Source of the DNA: an uncultured Candidatus Saccharibacteria bacterium
Lineage (GTDB): Bacteria; Patescibacteriota; Minisyncoccia; 2-02-FULL-40-12; GWA2-44-9
NCBI GenBank assembly: GCA_964513645.1
Contig: CAZENF010000004.1
Coordinates: 1 to 58,406, forward strand
Direction of reading: 5' to 3'
Length of the DNA: 58,406 bases
A model generated the notes under the pieces. It was not told the origin of the DNA, searched no databases, and saw only the letters and a program-made list of their open reading frames with translations. Of the stretch, positions 38,088-45,518 are shown one piece after another. Position numbers and translations under genes: made by a program. Positions within the stretch are counted from its first letter, which is position 1. Each line of letters opens with the position of its first letter.

Positions 38088-38660
38088 ATGAATACAAAAA
38101 TCAAACTAATTATCGGCATCGGCAATCCTGATGAAGAATATCAAGGAACGCGGCATAATGTCGGATTTATGTTCGTTGACCATATCGCCAAAAAGAACGA
38201 CTGCGATGATTTCGAATTTAACAAAAAACTGAACACTCTGACCGCTAAAGGCAAGATCGAAGGTTCGAGTTTGGTCCTCGCCAAACCTCAGACATATGTG
38301 AACAAAACTGGTGAAGCAGCAGCTAAGTTAAAAAATTTCTATAAAGTTAAGCCAGAACAGATACTGGTCATCCAGGATGACCTTGATGTGCCGTTCGGTA
38401 ATACCAAAATTTCATTCGACAAGAACTCGGGTGGCCACAAAGGCGTTGAATCAATAATGAAGGCTCTGAAAACTAAAAAGTTCTACCGCCTTCGGATAGG
38501 TCTTGCCAAACCGGCTCTTCAAAAAGCCCGCCAACAGTCGGATAAAAAACGTGATGAATTTGTGGTAAAAATGGTCCTCTCAAAGTTCTCCCCCGCCGAG
38601 CAGGATGAACTTAAGAAGATATTCAAAGAAGGGTACGAAAAAATACTACATTTAATATAA
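38088..38660 (+). CDS. pth: Peptidyl-tRNA hydrolase
   Basis: LIIGIGNPDEEYQGTRHNVGF. Confidence 0.93.
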   Translation: MNTKIKLIIGIGNPDEEYQGTRHNVGFMFVDHIAKKNDCDDFEFNKKLNTLTAKGKIEGSSLVLAKPQTYVNKTGEAAAKLKNFYKVKPEQILVIQDDLDVPFGNTKISFDKNSGGHKGVESIMKALKTKKFYRLRIGLAKPALQKARQQSDKKRDEFVVKMVLSKFSPAEQDELKKIFKEGYEKILHLI

Positions 38661-38671
38661 ATGACCGGCTG

Positions 38672-39064
38672 TTAGCCGGCCATTTTCTTTAAGACCTTGA
38701 AAAAGCTTTTTGGAGAATCCGCCAGATCGTCCATCTCTTGGGCTTCTTCTTTGTTGATTATGTGAATTATTTTGTTGCATTTCATCAATTCACAAAGAAA
38801 AAATAGCGCGCCCAAATCAAACTTTGAACCGACACTTTTTTCGTCATACCAGACATGGACCTCATCGGCTTCGAACATTGCCCGCAAATTCGTTTTGCAA
38901 ATATTGTATCCGCTAGTCGGATCAGCCTGCTTCGTATCTCTCGGCGGCCAGTGAACTTTATATCCCCTACCCTCGAGAACAGAAACATAAGCTGATAGGC
39001 CGAACATTACAGAAGAATCGGCATTTCTGACGGGACAGATAATAAAAACTCTTTTAGCCGTAAT
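38672..39064 (-). CDS. Nucleoside 2-deoxyribosyltransferase-like protein, start codon unclear
   Basis: The ORF-track start (ATG 39007) cuts off an in-frame conserved-looking N-terminus, ITAKRVFIICPVRNADSSV. That frame is open back to the TGA at 39065-39067 and has no ATG, GTG or TTG. Confidence 0.5.
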   Translation of the reverse strand: MTAKRVFIICPVRNADSSVMFGLSAYVSVLEGRGYKVHWPPRDTKQADPTSGYNICKTNLRAMFEADEVHVWYDEKSVGSKFDLGALFFLCELMKCNKIIHIINKEEAQEMDDLADSPKSFFKVLKKMAG

Positions 39065-39185
39065 TCACCTGAATGGTAAAAGACCTGAAGGGATTATGCC
39101 AAAATGATCTTATCAAATCAATTCCTTGCCCATAGAAACTTTTGTGTTAAACTGTGTCCACGCAGCTTGATAACTTAATAAACCG

Positions 39186-39827
39186 ATGAATTCAGGTAAA
39201 ACCAAGTCCCCATTTCACCACATAACAAACTGCCTGAACCCCAAGTATCATCCGGCTGAACCAAATTTTGAGTCCATGGTCATGCTCCAGGATTGGTTTA
39301 AAAATAATGGGTATAGTCATCACGAATATGAGTCAAATAAACTTATTCGTGTCGCCCAGCTTTGCGAATTTGGCGGTGTAATGTGGAAAACTCCGTTCGG
39401 ATATGGTGATACTGAAAAAGCCTGCGGCACATGGGCCTTATGCCCGGTTTGCCACGAAGTTATGATGTGCGGATATAATGATAACACGGGTCTTGGACCA
39501 AAACGTTGTGATAAATGCCGATGCCTGCTTCGCCTGCAGGACTATTTTCAACCCATATATAAAGGCGGCTTTGGCTGCCCAGAAGAAAATTACTGCCGTG
39601 AACACAAAATGATCCACCACCCTGAAACAATGGTCAAGATTAGAAATGCCGCTATGCTCGCCTTAGCCAGAGAAAAATCAATGAATGTAGATGTCTTAGT
39701 TAAAGAATTACAAAGAGCACTTCCAAATGTATTAAAAGATAACTTACTTTCAATGATCTGGTCAGAAAGAGACCGTTGGGGATTAGATTTTGATAAAGAT
39801 TGGAAAATATTTAAATTAGATAACTAA
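39186..39827 (+). CDS. Hypothetical Cys-rich 213-aa protein
   Basis: CPVCHEVMMCGYNDNTGLGPKRCDKCRC plus further Cys/His residues. I recognise no family. Confidence 0.6.
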   Translation: MNSGKTKSPFHHITNCLNPKYHPAEPNFESMVMLQDWFKNNGYSHHEYESNKLIRVAQLCEFGGVMWKTPFGYGDTEKACGTWALCPVCHEVMMCGYNDNTGLGPKRCDKCRCLLRLQDYFQPIYKGGFGCPEENYCREHKMIHHPETMVKIRNAAMLALAREKSMNVDVLVKELQRALPNVLKDNLLSMIWSERDRWGLDFDKDWKIFKLDN

Positions 39828-39850
39828 AACCCCGCAGATGCGGGGTTTTT
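39827..39850. terminator. Bidirectional terminator
   Basis: AAAACCCCGCAGATGCGGGGTTTT between convergent genes. Confidence 0.75.
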
Positions 39851-39871
39851 AATTTTATTATTTTTAGAATT

Positions 39872-41893
39872 TTACTTGACCAGAAATTTTGCGATAAGGA
39901 GAGCGACAATGTTAGCTACCTTGATCATGGGATTGATAGCAGGTCCGGCGGTGTCCTTGTAAGGATCCCCTACCGTGTCTCCTGTCACTGCTGCTTTATG
40001 GGCGTCGGAACCTTTGCCGCCATAATTACCCTCTTCGATATATTTCTTGGCATTGTCCCAAGCCGCACCACCAGAAGTCATCGAAATAGCTACGAATAAT
40101 CCGGTAATTATCACTCCCACCAAAAGTCCGCCCAACGCCTGTGGTCCGAGCAGAAATCCGATAGCTATCGGGAATACGATCGGAATAAGCGCCGGCAGTA
40201 TCATTTCTTTTATCGCAGCCCGGGTAACAATATCAACCGCGTTGCCGTAATCCGGCTTTTCCATGCCCTGCATAATGCCAGGCATTTCTTTGAACTGTCT
40301 CCTGACCTCATCCACAACCGCCGCACCGGTCCGGGCAACCGCTTCCATCGCCATTGAACCGAAAAGATACGGCATCATTCCGCCCACAAACAATCCTATC
40401 AAAACTCGAGGATCCTGAAGTTCAAAAAATAACTGACTACCCAAGCTTGAAAGTTCTTGAATATAAGCGCTAAACAAAACCATCGCCGCAAGTCCGGCTG
40501 AAGCGATAGCGTAACCTTTGGTCACCGCTTTGGTCGTATTACCAACCGCATCCAAAGCATCGGTCACCTCTCTGACAGAGTCAGGCAAGTGTGACATTTC
40601 AGCGATCCCGCCCGCGTTATCAGTTATCGGACCGAAGGCATCGATGGCAACAACAATTCCGGCCAGTGAAAGCATGCTCATCGTCGCTAAAGCAATTCCA
40701 TAAAGACCGATGACATAAAAAGCAAGATAAATACCCAGACAAATGACAACAATCGGCAAAGCAGTGGCCTGCATCGAGACGGCCAAACCGGCAATAATAT
40801 TTGTGCCATGGCCGGTGGTAGAAGCTTTGGCGATAGTCTGGACCGGACGGAATTTTTTAGAAGTATAAAAATCAGTTATCAGAACCATTAGCGCGGTTAC
40901 ACCGATACCGATCATCATCGCCCAGAAAACATCCATCCGGTTAACTAAGCCGTTAGATAATTTATCGAGGTCACGGATATAGGTGAGCTTGTTTACCATG
41001 TAATAGAAAATGCCGGCCAGAACAACGGCTGTCACGGCCAGACCTTTATAAAGAGCGTTCATTATTCCGCCCATAATACCCTCGCCCAGACGAACAAACA
41101 AAGAACCGATTATCGAAGCGACCACGGCCGAAGCGCCGATTATCAAAGGCAAAATGGTATAGCCCGGTTCGGAAGGAATAAGTAAACTGCCGAGCAGCAT
41201 AACAGAAACAGCAGAAACAACATAAGTTTCAAAAAGATCGGCCGCCATACCCGCATCATCACCAACTTCATCCCCAACCAAATCAGCAATGACTGCGGGA
41301 TTTCTCGGATCATCTTCAGGAATTCCGGCTTCAATCTTACCAACAAGATCCGCTCCGACATCGGCACCCTTGGTGAAAATTCCACCGCCCAAACGGGCAA
41401 AAACAGAAATAAGAGAAGAACCAAAACCCAAACCAATGAGGGCTTTGACATCTTTGGTTACCCAGTAGAAGAATGTGACCGAGATGAGGGCGAGACCGAC
41501 GACGAAGAAACCTGTCACCGCGCCGCCTTTATAAGCCAGGCCAAAAGCTTCAGCGAGACCTTTTTTAGCTTCCTCGGCAACTCGGACGTTCGCCCGAACC
41601 GCAACCATCATTCCGACATAACCGGCTGCAGCTGAAGCGATCGCACCCAATAAAAATCCAATGGCAATGGTTTTGCCAAGCCCGACAAACAATATTGCCG
41701 CAACCACAATACCAACGGCAAAAACGGTCGTGTTCTGACGTTTAAGATATGCTTCGGCGCCTTCCTGTATCGCCTTCTGTATCGACTGCATTTTTTCATC
41801 GCCGGTCGATTTATTTAATATCTGCCAGATCAGGAAAGCTCCGTAGGCAAGTGATGCCACGCCCGCTCCGATCGGCAACCAGAGAATATTCAT
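39872..41893 (-). CDS. hppA: Membrane-bound proton/sodium-translocating pyrophosphatase
   Basis: [20 protein letters not shown] and [19 protein letters not shown] motifs. Start placed at MNILW (ATG 41893). The ORF-track start at 41908 lies inside repeat copy 3. Confidence 0.93.
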   Translation of the reverse strand: MNILWLPIGAGVASLAYGAFLIWQILNKSTGDEKMQSIQKAIQEGAEAYLKRQNTTVFAVGIVVAAILFVGLGKTIAIGFLLGAIASAAAGYVGMMVAVRANVRVAEEAKKGLAEAFGLAYKGGAVTGFFVVGLALISVTFFYWVTKDVKALIGLGFGSSLISVFARLGGGIFTKGADVGADLVGKIEAGIPEDDPRNPAVIADLVGDEVGDDAGMAADLFETYVVSAVSVMLLGSLLIPSEPGYTILPLIIGASAVVASIIGSLFVRLGEGIMGGIMNALYKGLAVTAVVLAGIFYYMVNKLTYIRDLDKLSNGLVNRMDVFWAMMIGIGVTALMVLITDFYTSKKFRPVQTIAKASTTGHGTNIIAGLAVSMQATALPIVVICLGIYLAFYVIGLYGIALATMSMLSLAGIVVAIDAFGPITDNAGGIAEMSHLPDSVREVTDALDAVGNTTKAVTKGYAIASAGLAAMVLFSAYIQELSSLGSQLFFELQDPRVLIGLFVGGMMPYLFGSMAMEAVARTGAAVVDEVRRQFKEMPGIMQGMEKPDYGNAVDIVTRAAIKEMILPALIPIVFPIAIGFLLGPQALGGLLVGVIITGLFVAISMTSGGAAWDNAKKYIEEGNYGGKGSDAHKAAVTGDTVGDPYKDTAGPAINPMIKVANIVALLIAKFLVK

Positions 41894-42010
41894 CCCGTAC
41901 GAACTCATATGCTACGCATATTATGGTCAAACGTTTGACAATAATATAACCAGCGATGAGCTAAATTAATATTATTTTTGCAAACCCGTCAGGGTGAGTT
42001 CGTACGGGAT
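41892..42010. repeat. TIR hairpin element, copy 3 (119 nt)
   Basis: Arms are ATCCCGTACGAACT and AGTTCGTACGGGAT. The interior contains GGTCAAACGTTTGACA. Confidence 0.8.
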
Positions 42011-42151
42011 TCACCCCATTCGAACCACATCAGCTCACAGGCAGCTTCCTTTCATCAGATCTGCTAATTAGATTGGTAACTTAAAAACAACAAAATAAAG
42101 GATACTATAATTATCCCGGGGATTCAACTGTTAAGCCCTGTGGGGTCTTTG

Positions 42152-43225
42152 TTAATCTTTGTCTTCTGAATGTGGACCCTCGACTAAATGCGTGTCTATT
42201 TCTAGAGATTGCCCCGTAATTTTAAATACGTCTTTATCTACCTTTTTAAACTCTTTGGCTGCATTATTGTAAAAATTTACAGTTGTACCAAGGTGTCCTC
42301 CTAGTTTTTTAAAATAATCATCATAACTTTGGAGGTGTTTACCTAAGGATTCTACATTTTTTCGTATTTCTTTTGCAGACTCTTCAATTTGCAATGCTCG
42401 CAAGCCCTGAAGTACGGTTTGCAAATATGCCAGAAAGGAGGTTGGTGAAACTATTATTACATGTTTTTTAAATGCATAATCGACAAGATTCTCCTTAGCG
42501 GCTCCTGTTTGAGTTGTCAATAAATCATAATAAATTGCTTCGTGCGGAATAAACATGAAGGCGAAATCCATAGTCCCCTCGTCAGTTTTTACATACTTTG
42601 ATGTTTCATCGATTCTCTTTTTGAGATCTTCTCTGAATACTTTTTCAAGACGTTCCCTCTCCAACGGATCAGTTTCATCACTTGCTCGATTATAATTTTC
42701 GAGAGAATACTTTGAATCTATAGGAATAATCTTGTCTTTAACAAATACAACCGCATCAACAATAGTTCCATCTTTGAAAGAATACTGCATCTGATAGTTT
42801 TCCGGCGGAAGAACGTTGTCTAGAATAGTTTTCAAATAGTATTCGCCGAGAATACCTCTCCGCTTGGGGTTCTCAAGCATTTTTTGAAATCCTTGTATCT
42901 GGTTTGCAAAACCAGACATCTGTTTTCCTGCTTCTTCAACCCGTGTCACCTTTTCTGTAATGTTGGTTAATTCCCTAATAAATTGATCGCCGAGCTTTTT
43001 AGATTCCGAGAGTTGGTTGCGAATGGAATCAGTAGAAACTCGGTTTGCTTCACTAAGCTTTAAATCTAATACCTTTGCCATATCAGACAGCCTCTGATCA
43101 AACAGCAGTATCGATTGATCGGGTTCTTGTTTGGGCTTTGGTTTTAATTGAATCCAAATAATCAAAAAAATACCCGCTAAAACTAGGATTCCAAATATAG
43201 AAATTAAAATTATCGGCAATTCCAT
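42152..43225 (-). CDS. rmuC: DNA recombination protein RmuC
   Basis: 357 aa with an N-terminal TM segment, a coiled-coil and a RmuC-like C-terminal region. Confidence 0.8.
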   Translation of the reverse strand: MELPIILISIFGILVLAGIFLIIWIQLKPKPKQEPDQSILLFDQRLSDMAKVLDLKLSEANRVSTDSIRNQLSESKKLGDQFIRELTNITEKVTRVEEAGKQMSGFANQIQGFQKMLENPKRRGILGEYYLKTILDNVLPPENYQMQYSFKDGTIVDAVVFVKDKIIPIDSKYSLENYNRASDETDPLERERLEKVFREDLKKRIDETSKYVKTDEGTMDFAFMFIPHEAIYYDLLTTQTGAAKENLVDYAFKKHVIIVSPTSFLAYLQTVLQGLRALQIEESAKEIRKNVESLGKHLQSYDDYFKKLGGHLGTTVNFYNNAAKEFKKVDKDVFKITGQSLEIDTHLVEGPHSEDKD

Positions 43226-43227
43226 AA

Positions 43228-43467
43228 CTATTTTTTATTATTTTCGGAGTTTAAATATTCCGAAACAAGCTGAGATAGTTTTTCGTGATGTTCCTTCTGG
43301 CTTTTAATTGTTGTAGCCATTTCATCTAAACGCTTATGTAGTGCCAAGTAATCATTGTTACCATTCTGCATATGCCGGCGGGATTTAAGCATCAGATAAA
43401 TATTGATGCCGAGCATGCTCAAAACCGCCAAACTAACCAATGATATTAGAACATAAAAAGGATTCAT
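43228..43467 (-). CDS. Small membrane protein (79 aa)
   Basis: One N-terminal TM helix. It lies 2 nt upstream of rmuC. Confidence 0.6.
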   Translation of the reverse strand: MNPFYVLISLVSLAVLSMLGINIYLMLKSRRHMQNGNNDYLALHKRLDEMATTIKSQKEHHEKLSQLVSEYLNSENNKK

Positions 43468-43577
43468 CCCGTACGAAGTAGCCCTTGCAGGGTCCGAAGG
43501 TCAAATGATTGACATTCATATCCGGGCAAGAACCCCATTATTATCCCGACTGAAGTTTTTACTACTTCGTACGGGAT
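43466..43577. repeat. TIR hairpin element, copy 4 (112 nt)
   Basis: Arms are ATCCCGTACGAAGT and ACTTCGTACGGGAT. There is an extra internal TIR-like ATCCCGACTGAAGT at 43543-43556, and the interior contains GGTCAAATGATTGACA. Confidence 0.85.
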
Positions 43578-43594
43578 TTACTTCCATTAGAGTA

Positions 43595-43623
43595 AATCTA
43601 TCATTAAAAAAACATGTTTTCAA
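43595..43623 (-). promoter_or_regulatory. Promoter candidate TTGAAA-17-TAGATT just upstream of copy 4
   Basis: rc 43618-43623 is TTGAAA and rc 43595-43600 is TAGATT. Confidence 0.45.
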
Positions 43624-43626
43624 TTA

Positions 43627-43648
43627 AAAACGGCTTATGCCGTTTTTT
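43627..43648. terminator. Terminator after the tRNA locus
   Basis: AAAAACGGCTTATGCCGTTTTT. Confidence 0.7.
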
Positions 43649-43654
43649 AATTTG

Positions 43655-43924
43655 TGGACCCTACTGAGCTCGAACCGGTTACCTCCACATTGTCCCGATA
43701 AATCATGATGGGCCGCAAGTGGACCGTAGGAGACTCGAACTCCTGACCTCCTCATTGCAAATGAGGCGCTCTACCAACTGAGCTAACGGCCCATCATGAT
43801 TTATCAAGGATCCTCGACTTCATTACCCTAATTTTAAATTGTAAGTCGGGACAAATGTGGCGCTCCTCGCCCGACTGAACAATGTCAGTCGTTCGGGCGG
43901 GTACCAACTAAGCTAAGAGCCACC
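43655..43924 (-). other. Outer tRNA-Ala-like shell, disrupted or intron-like, enclosing tRNA-Ala
   Basis: rc 43902-43924 corresponds to tRNA positions 1-21. Next is a 36-nt hairpin (43866-43901). Then GAGC-G-CCACA-TTTG (43852-43865) corresponds to positions 22-35. A 159-nt insert follows (43693-43851). Finally CAATGTGGAGGTAACCGGTTCGAGCTCAGTAGGGTCCA (43655-43692) corresponds to positions 36-73. Confidence 0.55.
43720..43792 (-). tRNA. tRNA-Ala (UGC)
   Basis: The rc reads GGGCCGT-TA-GCTC-AGTTGGTA-GAGC-G-CCTCA-TTTGCAA-TGAGG-AGGTC-AGGAG-TTCGAGT-CTCCT-ACGGTCC-A. The G3:U70 pair is present. Confidence 0.9.
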
Positions 43925-44004
43925 AGAATTATGGAACCCCTTCATTTTATTCTTATTTTCTGTTATATTTTACCACAGATTTTTAACATTAGAAAGAGGC
44001 TCGA

Positions 44005-44358
44005 ATGATAACGGTGACCGAGAAAGCGGCTGAAAACATACGTGAAATAATGAAAAATGAAGACAAAGAACCCGAAAAAGTTCACTTGCGAATATTTGTA
44101 CAGGGTGGCGGATGTTCCGGTTTTCAATATGGATTAATGATTGATGAAAATGGCAAGAATGCTGCAGACCAAGAATTTGAATCGACGGGTATCCGATTAC
44201 TTGTTGATCCTATCAGTATCCGTTATGTCGACGGAGCAGAAATTTATTTTAACGAAACTCACAACGGGATTGCGATTAAAAACCCCAATGCCACTTCGAC
44301 CTGCGGCTGCGGACAATCTTTCAACAATGATGATCCGCCAAAAGATGACTGTCACTGA
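44005..44358 (+). CDS. IscA/ErpA-type Fe-S cluster insertion protein, copy 1
   Basis: MITVTEKAAENI...GGGCSGFQY...STCGCGQSF, with SD AAGAGG upstream. Confidence 0.88.
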   Translation: MITVTEKAAENIREIMKNEDKEPEKVHLRIFVQGGGCSGFQYGLMIDENGKNAADQEFESTGIRLLVDPISIRYVDGAEIYFNETHNGIAIKNPNATSTCGCGQSFNNDDPPKDDCH

Positions 44359-44674
44359 AAAAGCGGCAGTCCGCTTAAAACAAATACTGGCCCGAAACCA
44401 GCCCAATAATCCTGAAGCGGGAATACGCATCTCCGTCAGGGCCGGCGGCTGTTCCGGTTTCATATACTCTCCCCTTTCCTCTGAATCCAAGCCAAGCAAA
44501 TATGACAAAGTATTTGAATCCAAAGGAGTCAGGATATTCGTTGATCCTAAAACCCTGGTCATCGTCAAAGGCACGGAAATTGATCACGGCGACAATCTTC
44601 TCGAAAGTTTTATTTTCAACAACCCTAATGCAAAGAATTCTTGCGGTTGTGGAACCTCGTTTGAGTTAAAGTAA
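44345..44674 (+). CDS. IscA/ErpA-type Fe-S cluster insertion protein, copy 2
   Basis: MTVTEKAAVRL...AGGCSGFIY...NSCGCGTSF. The start overlaps copy 1 by 14 nt in another frame. The ORF-track start at 44141 is an out-of-frame overlap artefact. Confidence 0.8.
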   Translation: MTVTEKAAVRLKQILARNQPNNPEAGIRISVRAGGCSGFIYSPLSSESKPSKYDKVFESKGVRIFVDPKTLVIVKGTEIDHGDNLLESFIFNNPNAKNSCGCGTSFELK

Positions 44675-44699
44675 AATCCCCTTTATGGGGGATTTTTTT
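44674..44699 (+). terminator. Intrinsic terminator
   Basis: AAATCCCCTTTATGGGGGATTTTTTT. Confidence 0.7.
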
Positions 44700-44726
44700 G
44701 TTTAAAAAACTTTAAATCATAGCCGT

Positions 44727-45338
44727 CTAATGAGGTAGGCCAGGCAAAGAAGAAGGACTCGGCGAAGGTGACTTAATATAACTATTAGGATTCAACCTGC
44801 CCGGTCCTAGCGGATTATATCCGTTCTGAACCTCTTCTCCGTCCAAAAAACCGTCACCGTCGGTATCTTTATTATTCGGATCGGTGCCATATCTTAATTC
44901 CTCCACATCCGGCAAACCATCGTTATCACTGTCTTTTAAAGGTTGAGCTATATCAGTCGGAATAGATTTGATCTTAAACAATCCTGGCAAACCGATCTTA
45001 ACCGCCAGTGGTTCAAAAGCCGGTTCAATGTAAGGAGAAACATACTTTACGTATTGAGGGAAATAATTAACGATAACAAAATAGCCGCCGATAATGGCAA
45101 GAAACAGTACAAACAGAGCCATGAATATTGTTCCGAATATCTTGAAAAACTTGGAAGATGCGCCAGGAGGATTATCTCTTTTTGAGATCAATTCAAAAGC
45201 TTTTTCAATATTTTTAACCGAATAGCCGGCGTTAAGCAAAACCTGTCTTACCGTGGCTTCATCTATGGCCATATCCCTTGAGTGCGTTATATAATCTGCT
45301 ATTTGCTGAGTAGAAACATACATAAACACATTATACAT
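44727..45338 (-). CDS. Membrane-anchored protein with thrombospondin-type-3-like Ca-binding repeats
   Basis: One TM helix, then DSDNDGLPDVEE...DPNNKDTDGDGFLDGEE. Confidence 0.6.
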   Translation of the reverse strand: MYNVFMYVSTQQIADYITHSRDMAIDEATVRQVLLNAGYSVKNIEKAFELISKRDNPPGASSKFFKIFGTIFMALFVLFLAIIGGYFVIVNYFPQYVKYVSPYIEPAFEPLAVKIGLPGLFKIKSIPTDIAQPLKDSDNDGLPDVEELRYGTDPNNKDTDGDGFLDGEEVQNGYNPLGPGRLNPNSYIKSPSPSPSSLPGLPH

Positions 45339-45430
45339 CCGATATCATTCTTTTATTATCCACTACTCAAAATAAAGAAAAAATAAAATTGATAAATATC
45401 AGAAAAAGTGCTATCTTATATGAGTAATTT

Positions 45431-45502
45431 GGGTGCGTAGTTCAGTGGTAGAACGCGTTCCTGATAAGAACGAGGCCGTAGGTCCGATTCCTACCGCACC
45501 CA
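45431..45502 (+). tRNA. tRNA-Ile (GAU)
   Basis: GGGTGCG-TA-GTTC-AGTGGTA-GAAC-G-CGTTC-CTGATAA-GAACG-AGGCC-GTAGG-TCCGATT-CCTAC-CGCACCC-A. The T-loop reads TCC rather than TTC. Confidence 0.85.
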
Positions 45503-45518
45503 CAAAAAAGGAGCTTTT

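Noticed and set aside
39827-39850. Near-identical terminators at 39827-39850 and 55692-55716 (AAAACCCCGCA[GA/TG]TGCGGGGTTTT) as a repeat family.
   Set aside because: Short GC-stem terminators converge easily, and two copies are insufficient evidence. They are recorded as terminators only.
20581-43577. The idea that the TIR elements are integron attC sites or a CRISPR array.
   Set aside because: There is no GTTRRRY/RYYYAAC attC core, no integrase, no regular repeat-spacer periodicity and no cas genes. The copies are kilobases apart.
43693-43851. A group I self-splicing intron in the outer tRNA-Ala-like anticodon loop.
   Set aside because: 159 nt, 73 of which are a complete tRNA, is too short for a P1-P9 group I core. 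No P7-like G-binding pocket or internal guide is recognisable by eye. The possibility is kept only as something for tRNA-seq to exclude.
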